The notes under the pieces were generated by a model that had not been told where the DNA came from, made no database searches, and was given only the letters and a program-made list of their open reading frames with translations. From assembly GCA_965113315.1 (NCBI GenBank), contig OZ220363.1: a DNA stretch of 64,000 nt; one strand, written 5' to 3'. Origin of the DNA: Podarcis vaucheri. Lineage: Eukaryota. The position numbers and the translations under genes were made by a program. Positions 48,701-59,200 of this stretch are shown here, in pieces. The stretch's first letter is position 1; each line of letters begins with the position of its first letter.

Positions 48701-49323
48701 TGCTTGATGTTGATACTCTCCAGGATACTTCCCGCTAGCTCCACAAGGAAGTGCGATAATCCTGTGTCACTGCAGAAGTTGTACAACAGCTCCGTGTCAC
48801 AGCGGGTACCTAACAAGTTGCCAATAACATGGAGGGCAGGGCGAAGATGGGAAGCTCCCTCCAGCATTCCCTCCAGCACCTGTATAAGGAAAAGGGGTAA
48901 ATGTACATAGGACATACAACTCTTCCCCATACAGACCTTCCCCACACCAATGCCTAAAGTGCTCTAGAAACACCATACAAACTACTGATTCCACAGTCAC
49001 TCTGTCTTCAACAGCATCACAGCACACTCTTGCCATCCCAAAATTCATCCATGAGATGTTGCTCCCAACTAAAGAGTTAATGACATGCCCAGCTTCCTTT
49101 CTAGGATCCACACATTTTTATAAGACCTCTAGACCCTGTCAAGTCTTAAGAGTCTCCATCTTTCCAAGCTGTCCCTAGTCCCTAGTACGTGGCTCATCAT
49201 GTACTAGCTGAAAGGCCAAAACTACCAAAGGAATTCAACAAGTTTCCACCAGTTTCTTTCCTCTTCTCTCTGTAGGAAATCTCGCTTAGCTTCTGAAGGA
49301 CATACCCAGCATACAGCAAACAT

Positions 49324-49359
<36 letters not shown>

Positions 49360-52300
49360 TTTAGCCCTTCCCTACAACTCACCTGCCGACCAGAATCATT
49401 GAGTCGGGCATGGATGCGCTGCACAAAACCAGGGTCTCCCAGAAGGCTCAGTGGGGCACTCAGCTGCACATGGGCAGGATCTGTGGCATCTATCAAGTAC
49501 TGCCACTCCTCATCGCTATCCAACTCCTAAGAGGCAAGAGTGAGTCAGTGAGGACCACCACCACCACCAGAAAGCCAAGAAAGTACTTCCTTGCAACTAT
49601 GCAAATGACTGTGGTACCTGGCCATGCGCTCACCTCAGTCTCCAGATCCACAGTGTCAATGCTGCGTCTGCCACGTGCTTCTGCTCTGCCACTTTCTGGC
49701 CTCAGCTCTGGGAATTCCCGTTCGTAATCCTGTGTGATCCGATTCTCTCTGTCCATGAAGAAGAGGGATGAGAGGCTGAAGGCAGGCTACACAGCAATGA
49801 AATGTTCTCACCCCAGCTTTGGTTTTCTCTTGTAAAGGACCCCTGGATGGTTAAGTCCAGACAAATGGAGTGCAGCACTCATCTCACTTTCAGGCCGAGA
49901 GAGCCAGTGTTTGTCCATAGACAGCTTTCCAGGTCATGTGGCCAGCATGACTACCGTATTTTTTGCTCTATAAGACTCACTTTTTCCCTCCTAAAAAGTA
50001 AGGTGAAACGTGTGTGCGTCTTATGGAGCGAATGCAGGCTGTGCAGCTATCACAGAAGCCAGAACAGCAAGAGGGATTGCTGCTTTCACTGCGCAGCGAT
50101 CCCTCTTGCTGTTCTGGCTTCTGAGATTCAGAATATTTTTTTCTTGTTTTCCTCCTCCAAAAACTAGGTGCGTCTTGTGGTCTGGTGCGTCTTATAGAGC
50201 GAAAAATACGGTAAATCGCTTCTGGTGCAACGGGACACCATTAAGAGTGCCAGAGAGCACAGAAATGCCATTTACCTTCCCACCGCAGCAATACCTATTT
50301 ATCTACTCACAATGGTATGCTTTCAAACTGCTAGGTTGGCAGAAGCTGGGACATATATATGTCAGCTAATTCAGTTGTTTCCAGTGTTGTCTTGGTCATT
50401 TGGTATTACTTAGAGCAACAGTATCTCTATCTGAAAATCCTGCAGGCTGGAACTTACGTTTCTATGTATAACTTTGTCCAGAGCTGTTTTGCTGAGCCTA
50501 TGACTTCTACAGCAGTAAAAGATTTGGACCTTACTCTGATTCTGTGTGGTGTCTGGTACTGCCAGCTTTAGATCCACACTTCCCTTGCACGTGTATCATA
50601 TACCACATTCCCAACAAAATAAATGCATTTCAACTCCTTCTTCTCACCGAGGTGTGGGGGAAGATTCCTTTTGCTCCCACTCCATTCCCTTTCCTCCAAG
50701 GCTAGGGTGCCTCTCTTCTCCAGTGCCAGGAGCTGCCCGATTCACTTCTCTGGGATCTGTCTGAGCAAGGCAGGCTTTGCGTGTGTGGCTCTGGACCCCC
50801 TTGGGGGTTTCTTCCTTAAACGAAGCCCTGGATTTCCCCATCTCCTGTAAGAAGTCAAGCAACACAGGAAGATTGTAATGGACTGGACCCCACCATACTG
50901 TAAGTCTCCTTGCCAGCAATGGTACTACCTGCCTCTCACCTTTCTCCGAGCCTCCTGGGCCATCTTCTGCCGCGCTTTCCTCAAGATCTTTGACTGGCCA
51001 CTGTGAGGGGCCAGCGAGTGTGTCTGCTGCTCTTTCAGGGCCTGCAGTTCAGGAGGCAGTTTGCTGGTGAAAGGGTTGGTAATGCCTTGATCCGCTGTGT
51101 CATCAATTACTGCAAAAGAGAAGGTCGGTGACTGGGCTTGCTTGAATTGGGCTCTGTAAGGAAAGGCAGATGCAGGAGCCAGATGGGAGGAAATTGCAAG
51201 TAAGCATGGCAGCTGGTACTCACCAGTGACCCGCCCTGCAATGAAGGGGTGATAGAGTAGTTCTGGCCAGGACAGGCGCTGCCGAGGGTCTTTCATCAAC
51301 AGGCCTTGCAAGAAGCTCTACACAGTAATGAGAGATGGTCACTTGCACGTCCTCACACTACTTATAGTCTATAACCCCAGCTGCTAATTTTACAAGGAAA
51401 ACCTTGGAGCCAATGAAATTCCTTGGTCGCTGTGGGAAGAGTCTATTCAATCCATGCATACAAAAAGCACATTTTCCAGAATGTTCCCATTTTTTTCATT
51501 TTTAAGTTTCTAGCTCTGAAGATTACTGAAAAAGGTCTTGCAAACATGGCTGCATATTCTGCCTTAAGAAAGAAACCTGGTGGCCCCAATACCACCAAAA
51601 CATGTTTGCACACAGAACTACATTCTTTGGCACAGATGTAGCAATGTGGTGTCCTTCAGACATGTTGGACAACATTTCCGTAACCACTGGCCATGCTGGC
51701 TGTGGCTGATGCAGTCAAAATTATTGGGGGGCATCCCTGCCTTAGCAAGTACACTCATCCCAGTCTAATCCCCACAGGCAGTGGGGTAGGATAAGGATTG
51801 GAGAATGCATTTAAAAACTGTATTTCTACCTTTCAGACATACACACCAACAGTGTGAAAGAGGCCAAGTGGCATGAGTGAACAAAATCTAAGGTGTTCAA
51901 GCTTCCAAGGAGAGAACAAACTCAAACCACAGATACATACAGTGTAATGCCAGAGATACAGATAGCTGAGTTTGAGTCATGGGAAACCCGAATGTATAAG
52001 CTTCTAGAGCAAAATATATCTCTTATGGCCCTTAGCAGGGCAATCTACCTTACAGGGCTCTTGTGTGTTGATCAAATGAGACTAAAGAAGCAATGCATCT
52101 AAACCTGCCCTGAGATCATTGGATGGAGTGTGGACGGCATTTAAGTACAGTTACCTTGAAGTTGGGGCTCATGTTTTTTGGCCACTTGATGGGGTCCTTG
52201 ATGATCAAGCTCACCAACTGGAAGATGCTGTTGGTGTAGAAGGGTGGTGTCCCCACACACAGCTCATACAGAATGCATCCCACTGACCAGAGGTCAGCTG

Positions 52301-54687
52301 TGTGGTCATAGGGTTTCTCTTCCACTAGCTCAGGCGCCATATACAGTGGAGTGCCTTTTATAGATGTCAGCACCATGGTGTGAATACTCATTGCACGGGC
52401 AAACCTTCCCAGGAAAGAAAGAAGACAACTGAGACCTTTCAGTAATGAGACCAGAGATTGGTTGGGGAGATCAGTTCTTAACGTACCTACCCAAAGTCAC
52501 AGAGCTTGATCACTCCTCCTTTCCCAAGAAGGATGTTTTGGGGTTTCATGTCACGGTGCAAGATTCGGTGGGAATGCAGATAATAGAGCGCCGAAACCAA
52601 CTGAGAGGCAATATCTTGCACCTGAAAGAAAATGACAAACCTGATACTTTGCAAAGCCCATTTAATCCTGTAGGGATGCTCCACATCTCCAGCATAAAAC
52701 TTCCATTCCTTTTTGTTATCTTTGCCGATGCCCCTCAAATGTGAATCACAAGTCCTTCCCCAACACACAGAAATCTACTTGTATTATCCTAAGACAATTA
52801 GATCTATTTTTATCCTTGAGGGCAGCAGAGAGCAAGCATTTCCACTCTTCTATGTACCCTTCAGGTATTTGAAGACTGCAATCATGTCCATCTGCTGCTA
52901 GACTTCTTTTCTCCAGATTCAACACTAGTTCAAAACACATATGTTCACTCAGGCATCACTTGAAGTGTGACTCCAGATATTCTTATTTATTTAGGATAAG
53001 GGCTGTAACTCAGTGGTAGAGCTTTGCATACAGAAGGTCCCAGGTTCAATCCTCAGCATCTCTAGATAGGGCTGGCAATGTCCCTTGTCTAAAACACTGG
53101 AGAGTCACTGCCAGTCAAAGCAGACATAACTGAGCTAGATGGACTAATGGTTTGACTCAAGGCAGCTTCCTATCTTCTTATTACTAATCATGGTGAATTT
53201 TATACTGAGTTTGAAATGTTTTATGGTTTATTGTGTTTTTATATTGTACCATACACCACTTTTGATATTCCAGTTTGAGCAATATATAAACTGGTTAAAA
53301 AAATTAATAAAGACATACAGTACCAACTTCCTTAAACCTTTCCTTGATTTAATCTGTTCTAATATCATCCCTGGTATCAAATTCAGAGGAATGGGTCTCT
53401 AGTTTCTCAGATCATCTTTTTAAAGATTGGGACTGTCTTGTAAGCACCTCAGTCACTATTCCAGGAGATGTAACAGGTTCATGTCGAAGTACACAGCTGG
53501 AGGGTTTATGGCCTAGCAGAGACTGACACCTACCCAGACTCCAGCTACTCTCCCATTCCTGGAGTCATTCATCACACTGAATCCCCACTTACTCTTCTGG
53601 TCATAGTTACCTGCTCCTCAGGCAAGTTCCCATCATCCTCAAGGATCTGAAAAAGCTCCCCTTCAGCATAATCTGTCACTACTACAACCTAAAGGAGATA
53701 AACAAGACCAGAATGCCAATGAGAACATTTTCAAAGGTGGGACACTTGTGGGTAGGGAATGACAGTATGACTAAGCTCTCTGTACTGTTTGAAGCCAACA
53801 GGAAACCACCATCAAAAGAAGAGTGTGCAGCAGCTACCAACACATTTTTATTTGATGAAGGTCCCTATAGAAAGCTCCAAACTCTAAGTGTGTTGGGAAT
53901 TCTTTGGATAATGTCATTCTGCTGATAGGTCTTGGCAGGCTAATTACCTGATGCAGCCTCATGAACCAATAGGCTTGATGTGGCAATCCACACTTCTACA
54001 GACAAGATGTGTAATTTAGATAGCTGTTACCAAAATGGCTAAATTTTAGTTCACTCCTCCTAGGTACTCATTGGGACATCTGGAGAACACCATATAACCT
54101 AAACTTCATCAAACAAAATGTAGCCGTTTTCAGGCCTTTCTGCTTCTTGGGGGACTTTCCACAGAGCCAGGAAGACACCATTTTCTTCTTCACCTCCCAC
54201 ACTTAAAAAGGACTCCCAGCAAGTCCTTTACCTCTTTATCAGTCTCAAAACTGTCAAGCATCTGGACAATGTTGGGATGATGAAGCCCCCTCATGATCTC
54301 AATCTCTCGCTGCAAATTCTTCAGCTCTTTCTGTGAGCGACCCACTTTAGGGATAAACTTCAAGGCCACCACCTGCCAAAAAATTATTATTATTTTAAAA
54401 GGCTGGAAATGTGTCATACACTACTTTCCCCTCTGTCTGTCCCTGAAAAACTCATTGTGAAACAATGACCACTGCAGGCTCAGGAGCAGACTTCTTATAT
54501 AGCAATCTTTGGAAACAAATCTCCCTAAATTAACTCTCTTGCCTGTTGATGAGGTCCATCCCCGTTCCCTTGTGCACTCTGCCCTGTTCCCTTGTGCTCT
54601 TACCTGTGCACTGTATTTGCGACGCCCCTTGTACACTCTTCCAAAAGAGCCTTCGCCAATCATCTCCAAGACATGATACTTCTCCAT
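36757..54687 (-). CDS. STK36: Serine/threonine kinase 36 (Fused homolog); N-terminal kinase domain plus C-terminal ARM/HEAT-like repeats (26 coding exons, 1324 aa)
   Basis: Coding exons (minus): 54687-54604, 54372-54232, 53688-53611, 52621-52491, 52404-52155, 51317-51224, 51109-50940, 50844-50648, 49748-49634, 49526-49383, 48879-48700, 47882-47785, 47443-47338, 46832-46691, 46025-45898, 45418-45314, 45140-45045, 44575-44481, 43714-43651, 43184-43074, 42936-42862, 41633-41462, 41218-41071, 39659-39500, 39011-38268, 36903-36757. Total 3975 nt, open frame, all GT-AG. Start [28 protein letters not shown]; intact [15 protein letters not shown] and GTPLYMAPE motifs. Confidence 0.96.
37251..37426 (+). 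mobile_element. CR1 LINE 3' end fragment
   Basis: ..TTGGATGGCCACTTGTC..CCTGCATTG..GGTTGGGCTAGATGACCCTTCCAAC..ATTCTATGATTCT, with the CR1 octamer tail. Confidence 0.75.
39815..39983 (+). mobile_element. Old tRNA-derived SINE (same family as 53000)
   Basis: TTTGCATGCAAAATGTCCCAGGTTCAATCCC..CCCTGGAGAGCC..GTAGACAATA..GGACTAAT-like..TATAAGGCA. Confidence 0.6.
40128..40486 (+). mobile_element. Sauria SINE, older subfamily copy
   Basis: GGACACGGGTAGCGCTGTGG head, GGTTCGAATCC B box, shared body, GGGGTCCTTTAACTTT tail. Confidence 0.88.
45512..45866 (-). mobile_element. Sauria SINE, young copy
   Basis: (ACCTTT)n tail and tRNA head on minus; 13-bp TSD TCAGAAACATAAA at 45499-45511 and 45867-45879. Confidence 0.92.
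46412..46620 (-). mobile_element. CR1 LINE 3' end fragment
   Basis: Reverse complement of a CR1 3' UTR (CATAGAATTGTAGAGTTGGAAGGGACCCC..CATCTAGTCCAACCCCCTGC). Confidence 0.8.
49327..49356. repeat. (GT)15 microsatellite
   Basis: Perfect dinucleotide run 26 nt from the STK36 donor at 49382. Confidence 0.95.
49832..50352 (-). mobile_element. Old Sauria-type SINE split by a DNA transposon
   Basis: GTAAAGGACCCCTG..GGTCATGTGGCCAGCATGAC, then the insertion, then ..TTTACCTTCCC..TACCTATTTATCTACT..CTGCTAGGTTGGCAGAAGCTGGGAC. Confidence 0.75.
49954..50211. mobile_element. Tc2/pogo-like MITE (CCGTA termini) nested in a SINE
   Basis: TA TSD (49952-49953, 50212-50213); TIRs CCGTATTTTTTGCTCTATAAGAC / GTCTTATAGAGCGAAAAATACGG. 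Confidence 0.85.
53000..53173 (+). mobile_element. tRNA-derived SINE
   Basis: GGGCTGTAACTCAGTGGTAGAGC (A box), GGTTCAATCC (B box), and a 3' GAGCTAGATGGACTAATGG..GGCAGCTTCCTAT tail. Confidence 0.75.
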
Positions 54688-55429
54688 GATGGGAATGTGG
54701 GGAGGGGTGGGTATTAATCTGAAGGGGCAGAGACAAGAGATTAAGCTAAACACGAACAGTAAATGAAAAATGTAAGCACAATGGCAAAGCATGTCAATTC
54801 ACAATACCATTTTGCAAAGTTATTATTATTATTTATTATATTTGTATACCTCCCTTCATCTGAAGATCCCAAGGCTGTTCACAACAGAAAAATGCAAAAT
54901 AAGCATACAAATCATGCATGTGTGGTCAAAACCAAGAATCAAAAAGAAAAAAGGGAGCGAAGCAGTCAGAAAAGGTTGGGGAAAGGGAAATAGACTCTGG
55001 CAAAGCCAGTATGACATGCATATCAGGCAAACAGCTCCAAAGAGGGGTCCCAGATCTCAGAATAGTTGTACTTTTTGCATCTCCAGGCAAAATGCATGAG
55101 ATGCATGACAATAAAGCTCTCCAACCAAGGAGCTATTGGAGGAGATATCAAGTCCTTGCAATGCTGTAAAACCATTCGCTTAGCCACCAATAAAGCATGC
55201 AAGTTCCAGGACATTAGAATATAACAGAGCCATCCATGACCATCCAAATATTTCAGGGACAGTCTCATAACAAAATTAATTTGAGCAAGCACCTTCACCG
55301 AAAAAGAAGCCAATGCAAGGCATGTTTTTAATGCTTCCCAAGAAAAAAGTTAAGGCACCCCTGGTCCAAAGTGCCCATCAGGAGTCCATCAACACACACA
55401 ATCTTTTTAGCCATCTTCTTGCCTGCACA

Positions 55430-56220
55430 ACTCTCCGAATCCCTTTTGCTATACTGTATAAAGTCCTCACCCGGCCACGGCGTCTTGAGGAGCCTCCTAA
55501 GGCGACGATCCTACGCCCACTTACTTAGGAGTAAGCTCCGCAAAAGTGAAATGGGGCAGAGAAATGCACACAAGGTCGGGCTGTGCGCTGCAGCCCGACA
55601 CCGGCTCCTTCGCCTCAGCCTCCTCCTTCCAGGTCAATCCAGAGGAAGGACAGAAGCACCCACGTCCCACCCGCCCCGTCTGACAAAGCCTTTGCAGCGC
55701 TGAGCCCCGGCGGGGGCCGTTGGAACCCGACGGCTCGAGAGTAGGGCGGGGCGGGGCGGACGGAGGCTGGTTATCAGCGCAGGCCCCGCGCAACGGCGTC
55801 TCCCGGCTGTTGCCTAGCAACCCTCAGCGCCGGAAGAGAAGCCGGCAAGCATTCCAAAGCGGTTGAGTTTCCGGGCCTGTCAAGATGGCGGCGACCGGCG
55901 ACAGCGAGGAGCAGGAGGAGTTGGCTGCGGATTGGTAAGGGAGCGGTTCGGCCTTGTGTGTCCTCCTTTCTCTCTCAGCGGAAGGCAGATGGGCAAATGC
56001 CTGGCGTACCCCCCCCTTTCCTCCTCTGTTTTCTGTAGCCCAGGCCATCTCTTCACGAAGGAATTTTTTTGTTTCTTCGTTCGTCTTGTTCTTATGTAAT
56101 GTTCGACATATACGATGTGGTTCGTCATCTTCCTGGGTCTCGTCACAACCCCCCGCTATTTCTGAGGGTAGTGGGCTGAGAGAGAAAGGCAGCGCCCAGT
56201 AGCCGAACAAGCAGCGATAT
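55430..56220. promoter_or_regulatory. CpG island / bidirectional STK36-RNF25 promoter
   Basis: Divergent genes. Tandem GC boxes 55744-55759, X-box 55809-55821, ETS CCGGAAG 55830-55836, YY1-type AAGATGGCGGC 55882-55892 over the RNF25 ATG. Candidate donors for an STK36 non-coding exon 1 at 55524 (GTAAGT) and 55470 (GTGAGG) on the minus strand; acceptor for the first coding exon at 54719. Confidence 0.8.
55809..55821. promoter_or_regulatory. RFX X-box motif GTTGCCTAGCAAC
   Basis: Exact match to the X-box consensus GTNRCC(N0-3)RGYAAC, in the promoter of a motile-cilia gene. Confidence 0.75.
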
Positions 56221-59200
56221 GAATCTTATATCCAAGCCAAGTGCAAAATCCACTCCCTGGGCCAATCCTGTTCCTCCTCGCCCTTTGGTCTTCTAGCAGG
56301 GGTTTTTTTTTTTTTTTTTACAAACTCCTTATGAAAAACTGTAGATAGAGAAATAAATGCCTTCTCTTTACCGCACAGTTACCTGGCTAGAAGCATATGC
56401 CAACTGAGATCTCTTCTCAGTCAGCTGCTGTTATGCCACTGGTTCCTTATGGATATTATGAAAAAATACTCCATGCAACAATCTCACTCTCGGTTAGTAT
56501 TACAACTGTGTTTCTGCCCTTTGCAGTATGGAGCTGTGTTGTTTTTCAGCCACAGAATCAAAACAGAAAGAAAGTGACAGCCTTTCTCAAGCATGGTAAA
56601 CTACCCACTGTTGTGGGAATTGTGTGTAAGGTAAAATTCTGAGAAGTAGCCAGAGAGAAATGTTTTTGTGGTTTTCATTATCACTGGCAGCAGCAAAGGT
56701 CTGCTGGTTTAGACTTTGTGCCCCTTCACAAGTGCCTATCCTCTTAAGTGTTTTAGTGGCATTTTTAAAATTCAGGTTATTATGTTGGATTGCCACAAGA
56801 TGTCAGGATTTACAAATGGGTTACATGACCCCCAAAACTTAAATTAATGTAGGCGTCTAATGTGATGTATGTGTTATTTGTTCTTCTTGAACACTGATTT
56901 GCCTGCCATGGTGATACTCTAAAGCAGTTTTGCCCTGGTGGGCTAGATCTTTATCTCTCCCACCCCAATGGGCCAATTTTGAGAAGTGTAGGACCACCTA
57001 CCTGTCAATCATTTGGTGACATATTTATATCAGGTGATTGACAGATGGACTGTTCCAACCTACTGTCATTGTTGGCCCTGGGGGAGAATTGAACTCCCTA
57101 TGCATTAGCTCATGCAAGAGTTGTGTGTGTGTGTGTCTATGTGTTTCTATCCTGCTCTGTACATACTGGGAGGTGCCAGTGCAGTTCCAGCAGGAAGAGG
57201 CTGGTGTGCTTGATCTGAGCTGAATTGAACTTCCTGAGCATCAGCTAATGCATAGGAGTTCAATCCTGATTTCTATCTGCCCCACACATAACATCATACA
57301 TGATGGACTGAAGAAACCTGAGGAAATTAGCCTTATGTATCATTTTATTTTATTTTTCTTACTCAGGGCTCTGCCTTCAGAAGTGGAAGTCTTGGAGTCC
57401 ATCTACTTGGATGAGCTACATGTGTCTAAAGGAAATGGAAGGTAATTGCAACATTGTCAGATCCTTTGCTGGTTCTTTGTTTTATGGTATGGATCACTCC
57501 TGTGATCTTGCATATGTCATTGTGGAACTTGATTCCTGGTTTAGAAGACTGTACCCTGTTTTTGAATTAGACTACAGTGTCCTGCACAAACTCGGAATGA
57601 ATTGCAACCCCTGATTCATGTTTGTTAATTTCCCCAAATATTAGTCACTTCTTTTTTCCCCTCCTTGTATTTTATACTACCATTCTGAAATAGTTATCTT
57701 TGTAAGAATATGGGGTGGGAAGAATGAAAGGTCTGCATTATGCCTGCTTCAATCTCCTTTCAGCCTGAGAAAGGAAGGAATAACAACCCACCTGCATTAT
57801 CTCTCCTGTTCCATCTTCCTTTCATTTGACACCAGACTCTCACTTGAGCCTCTCTTCAACCCTAGGTCTGTGCCGTGGGAAATATCTATCACCCTTCATC
57901 CAGCAACTGCAGAGGACCAGGAGTCTCAGTATGTCTGCTTAACCTTGGTGCTATCCGTGCCTCTTCAGGTAAAGCCTTGTATGTCCTGAGTGACTATTTT
58001 GCTATGTAGCACTTTAGCATGGCTGTACTACTCATTTTGACTTGGCTTTGTTTCTTATTAGTATCCAAATGAAGTGCCAAAGATAGCCATCCAGAATCCT
58101 CGAGGGCTGTCAGATGAGCAAATCCAAAAGTAAGTGTATTATGCAAACTCTTTCCAGTTCAGTGCAAGAAGTAAGGTTTTCTTTGTTTCAGTCTGTCACA
58201 CTTTTAATGGAAAGTGTGGGGAGGTGGGAGCTTCTTTATATTGTGTTCCACCTGCCCAGTGATCTTATGTGGAATATGTATTATGCAGCTGTTCTCTTAA
58301 TTTAGAGCTGTGCTGTGAAGGCTGTTGCTATGTTACTAACACTGGGAGCATGGGGAATGAGGTTACAAACAAGACGAAGTTCTAATCATGTATGCAACAT
58401 GTTTGGGTACATATAAATTAATTATGGTGTTTGTGTGTAAAATTGGCATTGGGGGAATACATGTTAAAGGAGATCTTTCCCTTAAAAGTTATTGATAGGT
58501 GGACAAAATTAAGAGATGAGAGGCAATGTATCTTGGTACATTACTGTATCAGAAATGCAGCATCTTCATCCAAAACAAAGTCCCAACTTCTGTTGCTCTT
58601 TACACATGGCTTACTAGAACCTGCTTTCCCTTCCATGCTTTCCCTTCCCCTAGAAGGGCTTCAAGCTGCTTTTTCAATTTCAGTCTGGTACCACTTCCTT
58701 CTAATTTGTACTGAAGTAGCTACTATGTCAGATGAGATACTGGGTGAGAGGCTGGAGCCCATCCTGTATTGCTGTTGAGATTGCTATTGCAAGTGGCTGA
58801 TTTAGCCACTCCAGTTCTTGCCATCTCTCTTCCCTGGACATCCAGTCTAGCCTTTCTCCTTACCCTGCCCCCTTTTTTGCCTCCATTTTAGGATTTCCCA
58901 GACACTACAATGTACTGCTGAGGCCCAGCTGGGTACAGCTATGTTATATGAGCTAATAGAGGTAAGAGAACAGAAAGGGGAGGCAGACTGTCCAGACCTA
59001 TGGCTTGGGCTGTTGCGCCTTTATTGTGTGAAATGACAAACTGACCCTCTCTGTCTTCACAGAAGGGAAAGGAAATCCTTACAGACAACAACATCCCTCA
59101 TGGGCAGTGTGTGATTTGCCTGTATGGCTTTCAGGTAAGGGCATGCTGGATTGGCATCTTGTTTTCATTTGTGGCAAGCCATAGGGAATAAAAGCACTAA

